Shown in pieces: positions 1 through 10,279 of a stretch of 64,000 nt of DNA. Every line of letters starts with the position of its first letter. The first letter of the stretch is position 1. The notes beneath the pieces were generated by a model that saw only the letters and a list, made by a program, of their open reading frames with translations, was not told where the DNA came from and searched no databases. The DNA lies in the IMG/VR virus record IMGVR_UViG_3300028626_000002, positions 1 to 64,000 of that record. One strand, written 5' to 3'. The stretch comes from a virus. Taxonomy: Duplodnaviria > Caudoviricetes. A program made the translations under genes and the position numbers.

Positions 1-2951
1 GAGTTCACCTTGGACCGGAACGTATTTTTCACGGTCTCGGGGGCGCTGGACCGGTCGATGACGTCGTTCGCCACCTTGCGCAGATGTCCGCCCACCTCGG
101 CGACCCTGTCGTCCCAGGAGGAGCTGGCGCCCATCCGGCGCACCTCGTCCGACACTGCGGCAGCAACGGTCGTGCCGAGCCCGTTGTCGTTCAAGTCGCT
201 GAGGTCGACGGACCGAATGCTTGCCATCGTGCCGGCTACCTGGCTGACCGGCAGTGCAGAGGTCCAGTTGGCTGCGTCGACCCCCAGGAGGCCGAGAGAC
301 AGCGTGTTCGCCGTAGCCGACGACCATGCCAGGCCGGCGGCAGTCTGGCCGATGCCGTACGCTCGCAGGTAGGGCTCCTCCCCCTCGTAGTCGCGCACGC
401 GCCCAACCTGCGCCCCGTGTGCACGCACCAGCAGCGTCGCGGCCGAGCTCAGGGTAGAGGTCTGCAGGTCGCGGTAGGTGGACACCCCCTCCCACGCGCC
501 CAGCCCGACGGACAGGCCGATGCCCACGATGGGGTTCGCCAGCAGCTGGCCCACCCGGCCCACCGTGGCTCCCCCCACCCTTGCCGCCCACCCGGCTGCG
601 CGGGGGGCAACTCCGGCCACCTGTGCAGCCCTTCCTCCGAGTGCACGGAGGAATCCCCCTCCCTGCGCCTCGGCACCCCAGGCCTTGGCACCCGAAAGCC
701 ACGTCCCCGCCGACTTGAGGGGGGAGGCCACCAGCCTCCCCACGGCCCCGCCGTAGAGTGTTTCCCCGCCCGCGGCTCCGCGCAGCGGGTACGAGAGAAG
801 GCGGTTGAACAGCCGCGGTGCCTCCTTCCCGCCGACCCGGACAGACCCCACGGTAGCGCCCCAGGCAAGCCCTCCGCCCAGGCTGGCGGAGAGTCCGGGG
901 CTGATGCCGGCGTAGTTGGGGGTACGCGCCATGAACTCGTTCGGGGCGCCGCCCGGCATCACCAGCGCACCGATGGCGTTCTGCATGACTCCCTGGGAGT
1001 CGGCCGAGTACCCCGACATGAACGAGGGCGCGGTGGCCTGCTGCAGGCGGTCCCACTGCTCCGGACGCCCTCCCTGCATCGCCTCGTACGCGTCGCTGAC
1101 AGCAGGGGAGATGCTGTACCGGTGGACCCCCATGATGTCTTCCACGGCAGACTGGATGCCCTGGTTGATGTTCATCATGATGCTGGCCCCGGCCTCGCGA
1201 ATCGGTCTGCGCACCCGTTCGATGGTGGCACGCTCGATCTTCCGCATCACGGCGCCGACGTTGACATTCTCCCGGTAGTCCGCCTCCGCCTGGACCTTGC
1301 GCAGCTCCTCGGACGCCGCCTGCCGGGTCATCTCCTTCAGCCGGGGGGCCTGGTTGGCGAGGTTTCGGAGCAGGTGGCTCTCGCGCTGGCCAACGCCGGT
1401 GAGGCGCTCGATGAGCAGGTCGCTGATTTCGGTGTTGCCCCCGGACATGCGGTCGGTGTAATCGGCGATGGAGTTCAGCACGCTTCCGGCGAACACGTCA
1501 GGACCCTGCTCGCTGATCGCCTGCTGCCCGATGCGGCCGCGGTGGAGCTTCCACCGCACGATGCCACCCCGTGTGCGCATGGCATCCCGCGCCCCGCCCA
1601 GCATGCCCCCCACGCTGCCCATGTACCCCGCCCTGGCAGAGTCGTACTCCCCCGTCGTCGGGTTCATCATGGCCATGGTGATCCAGCGCCCGAACCTGGA
1701 GTTCAGCAGGCCCTGGGCAGTGCCGGTCATCTGCTGGGCCAGCGACGCCCGGCCGGCCTCCCCGAACTGCCCCGTCATCTCGAACACGCGGTCGTCCGAG
1801 AGGTACCCCTGCTGGTTGGCGTACCCCACGCGCCCGGCGAACTCCATGCTGCGCAGTACACTGCTGCGGATCTGGTCGGCGCTCGCGCCGGCGGACAGTG
1901 CGTGCTGCATGCCCATCCGGCCCATCCCCATCATGGTCTCGGGGGAAGTGCCGGACGGGACGCCGAGTCCTCGGGCCATCTGGGCCACGTTGGCAGCGGC
2001 CCCGAAGTCTCGGAACCCCATGTCCCGGGCACCCTGGAGGTAGGGGATGGCCCCGGACAGCGTGGTGTTGAACGTGCGCGCGGTGTCCTTCAGGGCACCG
2101 ACCAGCTCCTTCAGGGCGGACTGCAGCTCTCCGGTGTTGCGCACGTTGCGGAACATCCCGGCCTGCATCCCGCCGGCGAGGACCTGGTTGATATCTCCAG
2201 GGTCGGTCCAGAGGTTCTGCTCGGAGACGTCGTAGACCGTGCTCTCCATGGCCCGCATGTCACCGTAGTTCCACTGGTGCCCGGCCATCCCCGGCATGTT
2301 CATGCGGGTGCCGTAGTTCAGTAGCGTGGAGTTGACTGCCAGCTGCTCCTCGGCCCCGGCCATCAGGTTGTTCACGCCGAACGTCGCGGCCTTGTACCCG
2401 GCGTAGTACCCGGCGGCGATGGGCAGGGCCCCGGCGGCCCCGGATACCATGCTGCGGCCGAGCGTTCCGAAGCGCCCCTTCTTGACGGCGTTGAAGGCCC
2501 CTCCCCACCAGCCCTGCTGTGCGGTGGCCAGCCCGGCCCGCCGGAACGTACCGGCACCGGCGCTACCGAAGGCCCCCAGGACCGAGGTGAACGGGTCGAA
2601 GGCGTTGAACGCGTGGTTGAACATCCCGGCCCACATGAGGCCGCCCATGGCCAGGGCACCGGCTTCCTTCGCGCCCTGCATCAGCCCCATGCTGGCGCCA
2701 GAGAGCTGGCTCTCCCGCTCCCACTGCGACCCGACGGGGTTGCCGTACACGAACTGCCCGGGCGGGGGCCCGAAGAATCCGCCGACCGCCCTCGGGTCCT
2801 GCATGGGTGCGCCGCCGCCGCCGTCCCCCGCGCTGGCGTAGGGGTTCCCACCGCCGTAGCGGGACGACAGGTACCCCGCGTAGTTCGCGTTCTGCGCCAA
2901 CTGGCCCTGCTGGTTGGCGATGATCCCGGAGACTTCACTCGAGTAGATCAT
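1..2951 (-). CDS. Probable tail tape-measure protein (>980 aa, 3' end beyond window)
   Basis: ATG at 2951 overlaps the TGA of the upstream gene (ATGA). Manual translation gives MIYSSEVSGIIANQQGQLAQ... and the frame was open wherever checked down to base 3 (...HLRKVANDVIDRSSAPETVKNTFRSKVN). Gly/Ala/Met-rich helical sequence with hydrophobic segments (ANPIVGIGLSVGLGAW). Absent from the ORF track because it has no stop in the window; + ORF 84..2324 is its antisense shadow. Confidence 0.7.
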   Translation of the reverse strand, partial: MIYSSEVSGIIANQQGQLAQNANYAGYLSSRYGGGNPYASAGDGGGGAPMQDPRAVGGFFGPPPGQFVYGNPVGSQWERESQLSGASMGLMQGAKEAGALAMGGLMWAGMFNHAFNAFDPFTSVLGAFGSAGAGTFRRAGLATAQQGWWGGAFNAVKKGRFGTLGRSMVSGAAGALPIAAGYYAGYKAATFGVNNLMAGAEEQLAVNSTLLNYGTRMNMPGMAGHQWNYGDMRAMESTVYDVSEQNLWTDPGDINQVLAGGMQAGMFRNVRNTGELQSALKELVGALKDTARTFNTTLSGAIPYLQGARDMGFRDFGAAANVAQMARGLGVPSGTSPETMMGMGRMGMQHALSAGASADQIRSSVLRSMEFAGRVGYANQQGYLSDDRVFEMTGQFGEAGRASLAQQMTGTAQGLLNSRFGRWITMAMMNPTTGEYDSARAGYMGSVGGMLGGARDAMRTRGGIVRWKLHRGRIGQQAISEQGPDVFAGSVLNSIADYTDRMSGGNTEISDLLIERLTGVGQRESHLLRNLANQAPRLKEMTRQAASEELRKVQAEADYRENVNVGAVMRKIERATIERVRRPIREAGASIMMNINQGIQSAVEDIMGVHRYSISPAVSDAYEAMQGGRPEQWDRLQQATAPSFMSGYSADSQGVMQNAIGALVMPGGAPNEFMARTPNYAGISPGLSASLGGGLAWGATVGSVRVGGKEAPRLFNRLLSYPLRGAAGGETLYGGAVGRLVASPLKSAGTWLSGAKAWGAEAQGGGFLRALGGRAAQVAGVAPRAAGWAARVGGATVGRVGQLLANPIVGIGLSVGLGAWEGVSTYRDLQTSTLSSAATLLVRAHGAQVGRVRDYEGEEPYLRAYGIGQTAAGLAWSSATANTLSLGLLGVDAANWTSALPVSQVAGTMASIRSVDLSDLNDNGLGTTVAAAVSDEVRRMGASSSWDDRVAEVGGHLRKVANDVIDRSSAPETVKNTFRSKVN

Positions 2952-4042
2952 TCGCCCTTCACCTTGTTGATCATGGACCGCATGATCTGCCCGATGGTCG
3001 GGAACTTCGTGTCAGCCGTCATGCCGAGGCCGGAGCGCATGCGCACGGCCGTCAGCTTCGCCGTCAGCAGCGGGGCGCTGCGGGTGCTCTGGAGGTCCGA
3101 CAGGATCCTGGGGTTCTCGGCGGCCGCCTCGCCCACTGCCCGCCACATCTTCGGGCTGATGAGCTTGATGCCGCGTCGTGACAGGTGCCCCTTCAGGCCA
3201 CCCTGAGGGCCGAGGGCCAGGTCCACGACATCCTCGTACACGCGCTTCGCGACGACGGGGTTGTGCTCCAGCTCCTTGCGGAAGGCGAACCCCATGTCCC
3301 GTACCTCGGCGTCGAAGGTGCCCAGCCCGTACTGGCCCACTCGGCTGGCAGACAGCTCGTGCCCGCTCCGGAGGGACACCACAGGGGTCTTCCTCCCCGC
3401 GATGCCCCGCACGAAGCTCGTGGTCATGGCCCCTTCGTGGCTGCCGCTGCGCGCGGCGAGGCGCAGGAACCGCCCGACGTCAGCGGCCAGCACGGTGGGT
3501 GCGCCGGCGGCGCCGGCTCCCAGCCGACCTGCGGTGAACACCCGGCTCATTGCCCGCACCGCCTTGTCCTCGGACACCGGTACGATGCCGGCCTTGGGCA
3601 GCTTGTGCATGCTGCTCCCGAACACCCCCGCGGCGGCCTCGGGGTGCAGCAGCTCGTGGTCCTTGACCTTGCTGAGCACGTCCCGGAGGTCCCCGGTGAT
3701 GGGCGCGTCCTTCAGGTACTTGGACTTCTCCAGGTCGGTACGCAGTCGGTGCACCAGGTGCACACGTTCGCTGGGGGGCAGCTTGCTGAGGTGCGCCCCC
3801 ATGGCCCGGATGGCGTCGTAGCTCTGGAGGGTGGGATGGCCGTAGAAGCTGGAGAACAGCGCGGAGGAAACCTTGCGCTGGGTCTTCCCGGCGAGCCCGT
3901 GGATAAACGCCTCGCGACCGAACCCGCCGATGAGCCCGTGCCCGATTTTCCTGCGGGCGGCCACAGCGACGTTGCCAGCGAGGTGGCTCCCCAGCCCGGA
4001 GGCTGCGGCCATGACTGCGGTGGAGACGGCGGTCTTCTGCAC
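2948..4042 (-). CDS. Hypothetical basic Gly/Ala-rich protein, probably virion-associated
   Basis: 364-aa ORF, GTG start with GGAGG RBS, coupled to the tape-measure-like gene; begins MQKTA (K-x-A motif). Confidence 0.7.
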   Translation of the reverse strand: MQKTAVSTAVMAAASGLGSHLAGNVAVAARRKIGHGLIGGFGREAFIHGLAGKTQRKVSSALFSSFYGHPTLQSYDAIRAMGAHLSKLPPSERVHLVHRLRTDLEKSKYLKDAPITGDLRDVLSKVKDHELLHPEAAAGVFGSSMHKLPKAGIVPVSEDKAVRAMSRVFTAGRLGAGAAGAPTVLAADVGRFLRLAARSGSHEGAMTTSFVRGIAGRKTPVVSLRSGHELSASRVGQYGLGTFDAEVRDMGFAFRKELEHNPVVAKRVYEDVVDLALGPQGGLKGHLSRRGIKLISPKMWRAVGEAAAENPRILSDLQSTRSAPLLTAKLTAVRMRSGLGMTADTKFPTIGQIMRSMINKVKGE

Positions 4043-4080
4043 GCGGTACCTCCCGCGTCGATTCTACCCCAAGCCCTTGA

Positions 4081-4091
4081 CGTGCTACAAT
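4081..4091 (+). promoter_or_regulatory. Extended -10-like motif CGTGCTACAAT
   Basis: Intergenic, upstream of 4118; the same CGTG(C/G)TAnnnT pattern recurs at 10846, 15591 and 31873. Confidence 0.55.
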
Positions 4092-4117
4092 CTTCGAGGG
4101 AGCCACCAGAGGTCGAC

Positions 4118-5356
4118 ATGCCCAGTGGACAGGTGGTCGTTGAGTTCACTCGCGAGGACTTCGGGGCAGCCCGGCAGCTGGTGATCTCCGAGGCTCACAG
4201 CGAAATGGCCCCGCCGGGCGCCCGCAACAAGATGATGCACGGCAGCCCACGGAACATGCAGTGGCGCCGGCCCAACATGGGGGTGCGCCTGGGGGAGAGC
4301 GGGTACATCTCCTGGGGGGAGCAGCCCTCCTCCATCTCCGTGTTGACCAACGACGGCAAGCCCCTGAACCTCATGCGGCAGTGCCTGGGCAGGAACGACG
4401 CCTACGAGAAGAGCGTCAACGCGCTGGCCAAGGCCACCGCCAAACGGGACGCCAAGCCCGAGCCCGCCCACATCGACACCACAATGAGCGCGGTGTTCAC
4501 CGACTTCATCCTGACGTCGGCGCACATCTCGGCGGCGGAGAAGAGCCAGATCGTCGAGACCTTTGGCGAGTCCTACTTCTACTTCTTCGGCAAGCACGCC
4601 CAGGTGCTGCGCTGCGAGGCCGTGCTCATCAACACGGCCGACTACCCGTGGTTCTACGAGTGGGTCTACAACTTCGACAACGTCCTGCGTGGCAGCCAGC
4701 TGATGTCCATGAAGGCGCGCGCGTACCTGTCCATCGGCCTCGACGTCTACGAGGGGTACTTCGCGAACTACGAGATCCTCCGCACCGCGGCGGACGAGTA
4801 CAAGGTTCCCCTGAGCTTCACGTTCTACGTCACCAACGTCACGCACGTGGCCGAGACCATGTTCGGGTCGTGGTACGACCGGATGGTGAAGCCCGAGACC
4901 TACACCCAGGCGGACAAGGAGAAGGAGGACGCCGGCACGGCCCTGGGCAAGAAGATGCTCCGTACCCTCACTGCCCAGGCCTGGGGGCTGCTCACGGACC
5001 CCAGCCGCCTGATGCGGATGGGGCAGGCCGACACGTGGGCCGGGTTCGGCATCCAGACGGGGTCCGCGCTGGCGGGCGACATGCTCTCCGCCGTGGCCAA
5101 CTCCTCCCCCGACTGGGCGGCCGTGCTGGGCTTCACCGCCAGTGCCGCCGGCAGCCTGCTGGGCACGCCGACGGCGGAGAACGCCATCGGGCTGGGGACC
5201 GGGTTCGCCTCGGACATGATGAATGGGCTCGTGACCGCGCCGGACTCCAACGGCTTCGACAGCAACGGGAACGCGATGGTCACCACGCTGGGTGTCAACG
5301 GGCAGGCCTCCGGCGCGGCCAAGTCCGGCTATCTTCCCAGCGCCGGCTCGTGGTGA
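4118..5356 (+). CDS. Virion structural protein (tail tube initiator/baseplate-type)
   Basis: Start reassigned to MPSGQVVVEF (GAGG RBS); beta-rich core (EKSQIVETFGESYFYFFG...VPLSFTFYV); sits directly before the hub-like gene. Confidence 0.55.
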   Translation: MPSGQVVVEFTREDFGAARQLVISEAHSEMAPPGARNKMMHGSPRNMQWRRPNMGVRLGESGYISWGEQPSSISVLTNDGKPLNLMRQCLGRNDAYEKSVNALAKATAKRDAKPEPAHIDTTMSAVFTDFILTSAHISAAEKSQIVETFGESYFYFFGKHAQVLRCEAVLINTADYPWFYEWVYNFDNVLRGSQLMSMKARAYLSIGLDVYEGYFANYEILRTAADEYKVPLSFTFYVTNVTHVAETMFGSWYDRMVKPETYTQADKEKEDAGTALGKKMLRTLTAQAWGLLTDPSRLMRMGQADTWAGFGIQTGSALAGDMLSAVANSSPDWAAVLGFTASAAGSLLGTPTAENAIGLGTGFASDMMNGLVTAPDSNGFDSNGNAMVTTLGVNGQASGAAKSGYLPSAGSW

Positions 5357-5359
5357 CGC

Positions 5360-8300
5360 ATGGCCATCGGCCGCCAGCTCCGATTGAGGCTGTTCCTCGA
5401 GGGCGTCGAGGTCCCCGTCATCAGTGCCGCCGTCCAGTTCGGGGTGAATCAGCCGGCCTCGGCCAACATCCAGGTCGTGCCCTCGACGCGGGTCCGCCGG
5501 TTCAAGGCCAGGACGGTGACCCACTTGTTCTACCTCGATGACCGCGAGGCGTTCAACCCGCCCAGCGACGAGGCCGTCTTCTACGATGACCCCCGGTGGA
5601 AGTTGCTGTTCACGGGGGAGGTGCACGGCTACAGCTGGATGAAGTCCGACGAGAATCGCACGGCCTCCCTCGTCTGCTACGACGACACGACCTACTGGGA
5701 CCTCGTCAAGCGCTACTACTACGACGAGCTGTCGTTCAACTACCACCAGAAGCTGGCCAGCAAGTTCCAGGACGGCGTGGCCATGCCCTACGACGTCGTG
5801 CTCGGGCCGGCCGCGTCGCTGGCCAGCATCATCCGGAAGGAGTGCCGCACCTACCCGAAGATGAAGGGGCTGCTCAGCGGCATCATCCGGCTGCTGGAGA
5901 GCCTCGGCGGGTATCACGAAGGCACGGACGCTACGGGGAAATCGCTCCACAGCCGTGGCGTGGGGGACTTCTTCACCGTCAGCCAGCTGCGCCTGAAGTT
6001 CTACCAGCAGCTCGGGGCGTCCGACTTGGACGACTCCTGCGTGAAGCTGCTGGACAGCAAGGAGTTCTACAACTGGGTCAGGAACCTCGTGTCGCAGGGC
6101 GGCAACATGTTCACCCTGCGCCAGGTCCTCGACGCCCTGCTCAACGTCATCTTCTACCAGTACACCTCGAACCCTGTGGCCGAGTACCGCACGACTGCCG
6201 GGGCGACCATCACCAAGACCGGCGTGATCGAGGCAGCGCCGGCCGACGTCTGTGCCAAGGTGCTGGCGATCATGAACCAGATCGGCGACATCCTCGTCAG
6301 CCCGGAGGCCTTCCCGAGGGCCATCACGGCGCCGCTGCCGGACCCCGAGGACTCTCGGTTGACGACAGCCCAGGCGAGTCTGCTGCGCAGCGCAAACGGT
6401 GGCGTGAACGCGTACCACCAGGGGTACCGGGACTACCGGGAGAAGACCCGCCGGGACACCGAGGGCGGCACCGAACTCACCATCACGGAGTACGCGGAGG
6501 CGGATCGGGCCGCTCAGCAGGACGCAGTCGCCCAGTCGAAGGCGGGGAAGGCTCTGCTGGAGCGCGCGCTCGACCAGTACAACTCGTTCCTGAAGAAGTA
6601 CTCCACCGACCGACAGTGGGTGGGCGAGACCAAGACGGAGCCCAAGGAGCGGCTCTACACGACGCTGCTCACGCCGGACATCTTCTTCGTCCCGCCGCCG
6701 CTCTGCAACATCGTTTTCCCCGACGACTACTCGCGGCTGGACGGCAGTCGCATGATGACGCAGGAGACCTCCAGGCTCATGCTAACCACGCCGACGGTCC
6801 TGCTGGGCGAGGAGAGCGCGCTGCCGTTCAACAACAAGCTGTACCACTTCGCCCCCATGGTGGACACCGTCGATGGGCTGCCCATCAAGGAGGCGTTGGC
6901 GAAGACCCGGCGGTTCCTGCTGCCGCACGAGGTCTACACCGGGCCCATCCCGTTCATCGACTGGTTCTCCGACATCCGGCACTACGACCCCCTACTGCAG
7001 TGGCAGGAAGGGTCCATCATCAAGAGCATCCACCAGGAACAGGCCACCGCACAGCAGAAGGAACGGGGTATCGCCGACAACATCCCGTACCTGCAGCATG
7101 TCGCGAACTTCACCCTGGCCCGGATGCGCTACTCGGCTCGTGGCATGACGGTCCCGATGCGCTTCAAGCCGCACCTGGTGGCCGGCGTGCCGGCGCTGGT
7201 CATCGACAAGTACGTGCCGCCGGTGCTGGACAGCAGGACCGGCGAGATCGTACCGGTCGTACCCGACCCCGAGAACCGGGCGGAGCACTGGCTCTGCGTC
7301 CCGATGCAGGTGACCCACAACCTCACCCAGGTGAGCGCCCAGACGGTCGCCCAGATGGGCTACGTCCACAGCCACACCGAGATCGACGAGTTGTTCGACA
7401 ACACTGCGGTGGCCAAGGAGCGCACCGGGACGGCCAAGAAGCGCGTCAAGTACACCGTCCCCCTGCAGGTTCTCCTTGCTGGCGGCATCCCGCAGTATGA
7501 TGGCGGCAAGGTGGTGTCCCTGAAGGCGAAGGCCACTGGCAAGCAGTACGTGAGCGACCTGGCCACAGCCATCTCGGAGGCCATTGCCGACTACCGCACG
7601 TACAAGGCTCAGGCCGTGCAGCAGAGCAACAAGGAGGGCGACGTCGCAGGAGCACTCCGGAACGTCGGTGACTCGGCCAAGGACGCGCTTCTGTCGGGGG
7701 CGGCTGCGGCGGCGGAGACCTTGGCGTCCGCCGGGAGCGCCCTTGCCTCCCTGGCCGGCACCGCGGGGGCCACCATCGGGTTCTTGTACAAGTTCGAGGT
7801 CACGGAGGAAGTGGCGTACGGCACGTTCACCGACCGCACCATCGAGGTGCCCTTCGAGGACCAGGTGCGGCCACCGTGGCTCTCCACGTGCTTCCACAAC
7901 TCGAACATCACCAAGTACTACAAGGACTTGCTTGGCGTCGGGTCCATCATGGACTTCGGGACGAAACTCGAGGGGGAGGTGAAGGAGGGCGTGGGGAACG
8001 CCGGTGTTCTCACGACCGCTTCGAGCGCGATGACCGTGCAGACCGCCGTCGAGAACATTGCTCACCTCTACTCCGTGGCCCGGGCGTCGGGTGACACTCA
8101 GGTGGTCGACGACCTGTCCTACAGCCTGACGAAGCGGCCCGTCGCCACCATGCTGCAGATGCTGGGGTCGTTCGACCTGAAGTACGACGAGAAGGGAAAG
8201 AAGGTCGGTGATGGGGTCGAAGGCTTCCACAGCAAGGCGTTCGGGGGGGCCATCTACGGGGCGATGTCCGGCGTCAGCGACGCAACCGGGAAGGCCGACC

Positions 8301-8398
8301 TGGCCATCAACCTGAACATCGACCCCCGCCGTACTCGACGGGAGGCCATCGTGAACTACATCGTGTCGCTCCAGGACGAGGCATCACTGCGGGGGTAG
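5360..8398 (+). CDS. Baseplate hub-like structural protein (1012 aa)
   Basis: N-terminal LRLFLEGVEVPV...ASANIQV and LLFTGEV pattern resembles gp27/VgrG-type hubs; structural context. Confidence 0.55.
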   Translation: MAIGRQLRLRLFLEGVEVPVISAAVQFGVNQPASANIQVVPSTRVRRFKARTVTHLFYLDDREAFNPPSDEAVFYDDPRWKLLFTGEVHGYSWMKSDENRTASLVCYDDTTYWDLVKRYYYDELSFNYHQKLASKFQDGVAMPYDVVLGPAASLASIIRKECRTYPKMKGLLSGIIRLLESLGGYHEGTDATGKSLHSRGVGDFFTVSQLRLKFYQQLGASDLDDSCVKLLDSKEFYNWVRNLVSQGGNMFTLRQVLDALLNVIFYQYTSNPVAEYRTTAGATITKTGVIEAAPADVCAKVLAIMNQIGDILVSPEAFPRAITAPLPDPEDSRLTTAQASLLRSANGGVNAYHQGYRDYREKTRRDTEGGTELTITEYAEADRAAQQDAVAQSKAGKALLERALDQYNSFLKKYSTDRQWVGETKTEPKERLYTTLLTPDIFFVPPPLCNIVFPDDYSRLDGSRMMTQETSRLMLTTPTVLLGEESALPFNNKLYHFAPMVDTVDGLPIKEALAKTRRFLLPHEVYTGPIPFIDWFSDIRHYDPLLQWQEGSIIKSIHQEQATAQQKERGIADNIPYLQHVANFTLARMRYSARGMTVPMRFKPHLVAGVPALVIDKYVPPVLDSRTGEIVPVVPDPENRAEHWLCVPMQVTHNLTQVSAQTVAQMGYVHSHTEIDELFDNTAVAKERTGTAKKRVKYTVPLQVLLAGGIPQYDGGKVVSLKAKATGKQYVSDLATAISEAIADYRTYKAQAVQQSNKEGDVAGALRNVGDSAKDALLSGAAAAAETLASAGSALASLAGTAGATIGFLYKFEVTEEVAYGTFTDRTIEVPFEDQVRPPWLSTCFHNSNITKYYKDLLGVGSIMDFGTKLEGEVKEGVGNAGVLTTASSAMTVQTAVENIAHLYSVARASGDTQVVDDLSYSLTKRPVATMLQMLGSFDLKYDEKGKKVGDGVEGFHSKAFGGAIYGAMSGVSDATGKADLAINLNIDPRRTRREAIVNYIVSLQDEASLRG

Positions 8399-8403
8399 AG
8401 CCT

Positions 8404-8928
8404 TCAGACGGGCTGCACGCTGCCCTCCACGCAAGCATGCCTGCACCCACAGAGAGGGCAGACGTGCGGCTGCCCGTCCTTGGCCTGCCGTCGTACCTCG
8501 TTCATGATGCCGGAGGACAGCAGCTTTGCGTGGTCGCCGGCCGACAGCAGCACCAGGTTCTCCGGGCGGTTGTCCAGTCCATCCCCGTTGAGATGATGGA
8601 CGTGCTCATCACGACGCAGCTTTCGCCCCAGCTGCTGCTCCATGACGTACCGGTGCTCGAGCGGCCACCGCTTTTCTCCGGGCACCTTGATGACCCAGTA
8701 CTTGCAGCCACGTCCTTTGTGCGACACCCTGCGAGAGAACTCCGGCTTGGAGTGAGCGGCGCGGGCTGCCTCCAGGGTCTTCAGGTGCACCTCACGGTGC
8801 GGCAAGTGAGCACACCCCTCCGCGTAGCGGTAGTACCCCTTGTGCTTGCCGCCGCTCATGTTGGTCTTGGCCGGCCTTCCGCACCCACACTTGCACAATG
8901 GCTGCTTTCTCCTGTCACCCTTGCGCAT
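8404..8928 (-). CDS. Free-standing HNH homing endonuclease (HNH_3 type)
   Basis: CKCGCG N-terminus; EHRYVMEQQLGRKL...VHHLNGDGLDNRPENL motif; antisense to flanking genes. Confidence 0.9.
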   Translation of the reverse strand: MRKGDRRKQPLCKCGCGRPAKTNMSGGKHKGYYRYAEGCAHLPHREVHLKTLEAARAAHSKPEFSRRVSHKGRGCKYWVIKVPGEKRWPLEHRYVMEQQLGRKLRRDEHVHHLNGDGLDNRPENLVLLSAGDHAKLLSSGIMNEVRRQAKDGQPHVCPLCGCRHACVEGSVQPV

Positions 8929-9001
8929 GGTATCCTTCCGGTAGGGGCCTGATGCCGTTTGTATCATCAGGTCATCGGTAGTGTCAACTGGAGCAGACGG
9001 T

Positions 9002-9199
9002 ATGCCCTACAAAAGCAAGGCCCAGGCCAGGTTCATGTTCGCCGCGGAGGCCCGGGGGGAGCTGGAGCCCGGCACCGCACGTCGGTGGGCGCACCACACC
9101 AAGAACATCAAGCGTCTGCCGGAGAAGGTGAAGAAGACCGGCCATGAGAAGAAGGCCGCGATCATCCGCGCGGTGCGAGAGGCGTACTCGGAGACCTGA
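9002..9199 (+). CDS. Small basic phage protein (MPYKSKAQARFMFA... type)
   Basis: 65 aa, GGAG RBS; recognisable MP(F/Y)KSKAQ...W...T...LPE(K/R)V pattern of small phage proteins. Confidence 0.75.
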   Translation: MPYKSKAQARFMFAAEARGELEPGTARRWAHHTKNIKRLPEKVKKTGHEKKAAIIRAVREAYSET

Positions 9200-9593
9200 C
9201 CCCGTTCAGGTACAGGTTCAGGTGTTGGACGTCTGCCATCCACGGCGAGACGGGCTCTCCCAGGCAGTTCACCAGGCATACCCCCTGCGCCCGGCGGAAG
9301 CGCATGCCGACCGGCGTGAACCACGCGTGCAAGCGTTCCAGCTGCTCGCTGACGTGCGTCAGGCTGGCATGGAGCTGGCGGCCTCCGGGGCTCGACATGG
9401 GGTCGTCGACGACCTCGTAGTAGAGGGGGTCGATGTCGGCGGTCTCCACGACGAGCCGCTTGAGAACGTGGGAGGGCGGGCTGGCCCGGCCGGCGAGCCA
9501 CGCGACCAGCACCTGGGCGTCGATCCCCAGGCGCCTTCCGAGCAGCTCCATGCCCAGCATCATCGTGCGTGACTTCAACTCCTGGCCGTCCAT
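9162..9593 (-). CDS. Hypothetical protein, possible N-terminal HTH
   Basis: 143 aa, AGGAG RBS; ELLGRRLGIDAQVLVAWLAGRASP resembles an XRE-like helix-turn-helix. Confidence 0.6.
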   Translation of the reverse strand: MDGQELKSRTMMLGMELLGRRLGIDAQVLVAWLAGRASPPSHVLKRLVVETADIDPLYYEVVDDPMSSPGGRQLHASLTHVSEQLERLHAWFTPVGMRFRRAQGVCLVNCLGEPVSPWMADVQHLNLYLNGVRSPSTPLAPRG

Positions 9594-9605
9594 GGCGTGC
9601 TCCTG

Positions 9606-9806
9606 CTAGGCCCCGGCGGGGGCCGTCTCCTCGGCTTCCCTCTGCCGGATGAGCCCCTCGTACTCGAGGCAGTTCGTGAAGGCCTCCTGGATCATCGGGT
9701 GCATCTTCGTCAGGTCGGTGCCCAGCATGACCAGCGGGCCCGGCACCCCGCGCAGCACCACCCCCTCGCTCCACGGGCAGATGGGGAGGATGGTCAGGTT
9801 CTTCAC
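9606..9806 (-). CDS. Hypothetical protein (66 aa)
   Basis: GTG at 9806 overlaps the upstream TGA (GTGA); typical codon usage. Confidence 0.55.
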   Translation of the reverse strand: MKNLTILPICPWSEGVVLRGVPGPLVMLGTDLTKMHPMIQEAFTNCLEYEGLIRQREAEETAPAGA

Positions 9807-10279
9807 GAAGCGTCCGAGTCCGGGCTCGGACCAGGTTCCGAAGAACTCCCGGGCGTCGGAGAGGGTGTGGGTTCCGTCTCCGTTGCTTCCGGTGTGGACT
9901 CCGAAGTAGCTTCGACCTCCAGCTCCTCCGAGGGCAACGCACCAGATTCCGTCTGCGGGCTGCACGACTCGACCTCCTGCTCGGGGACCTTGTACTCCGC
10001 CGTGCCCTCCTGGCCCTTGGCGGACGACTCGACGTCCTTGCGGACGAGGAACGACTGGAGCCAGGGCTCCAGCTTCGCGAAGAACTCCTGGCGCGCCCTC
10101 AGAACGGCGTCCTGCGGCGCCCGGCCGACCATGTTCACGAATCGGACGTAGGTGTCCAGCACCTCCTTGTGCGGCAGCCCACGCCCGAGGAACGTCTCGA
10201 GCTGGGCGACCTTCTCCTTCAGCTTCGCGTTGTCCCTGCGCAGCCGCCGGAGCTCCTGCATGTGGTTCAGCTTCTTCAC
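9803..10279 (-). CDS. Hypothetical coiled-coil protein with acidic Ser/Pro/Glu tail
   Basis: GTG at 10279 with AGGAG RBS, overlapping the RuvC stop. Confidence 0.65.
   Translation of the reverse strand: MKKLNHMQELRRLRRDNAKLKEKVAQLETFLGRGLPHKEVLDTYVRFVNMVGRAPQDAVLRARQEFFAKLEPWLQSFLVRKDVESSAKGQEGTAEYKVPEQEVESCSPQTESGALPSEELEVEATSESTPEATETEPTPSPTPGSSSEPGPSPDSDAS

Noticed and set aside
3185-4117. N-terminal extension of the 723-aa ORF 3185..5356
   Set aside because: Overlaps the real minus-strand gene 2948..4042; RBS and promoter motif support a start at 4118.
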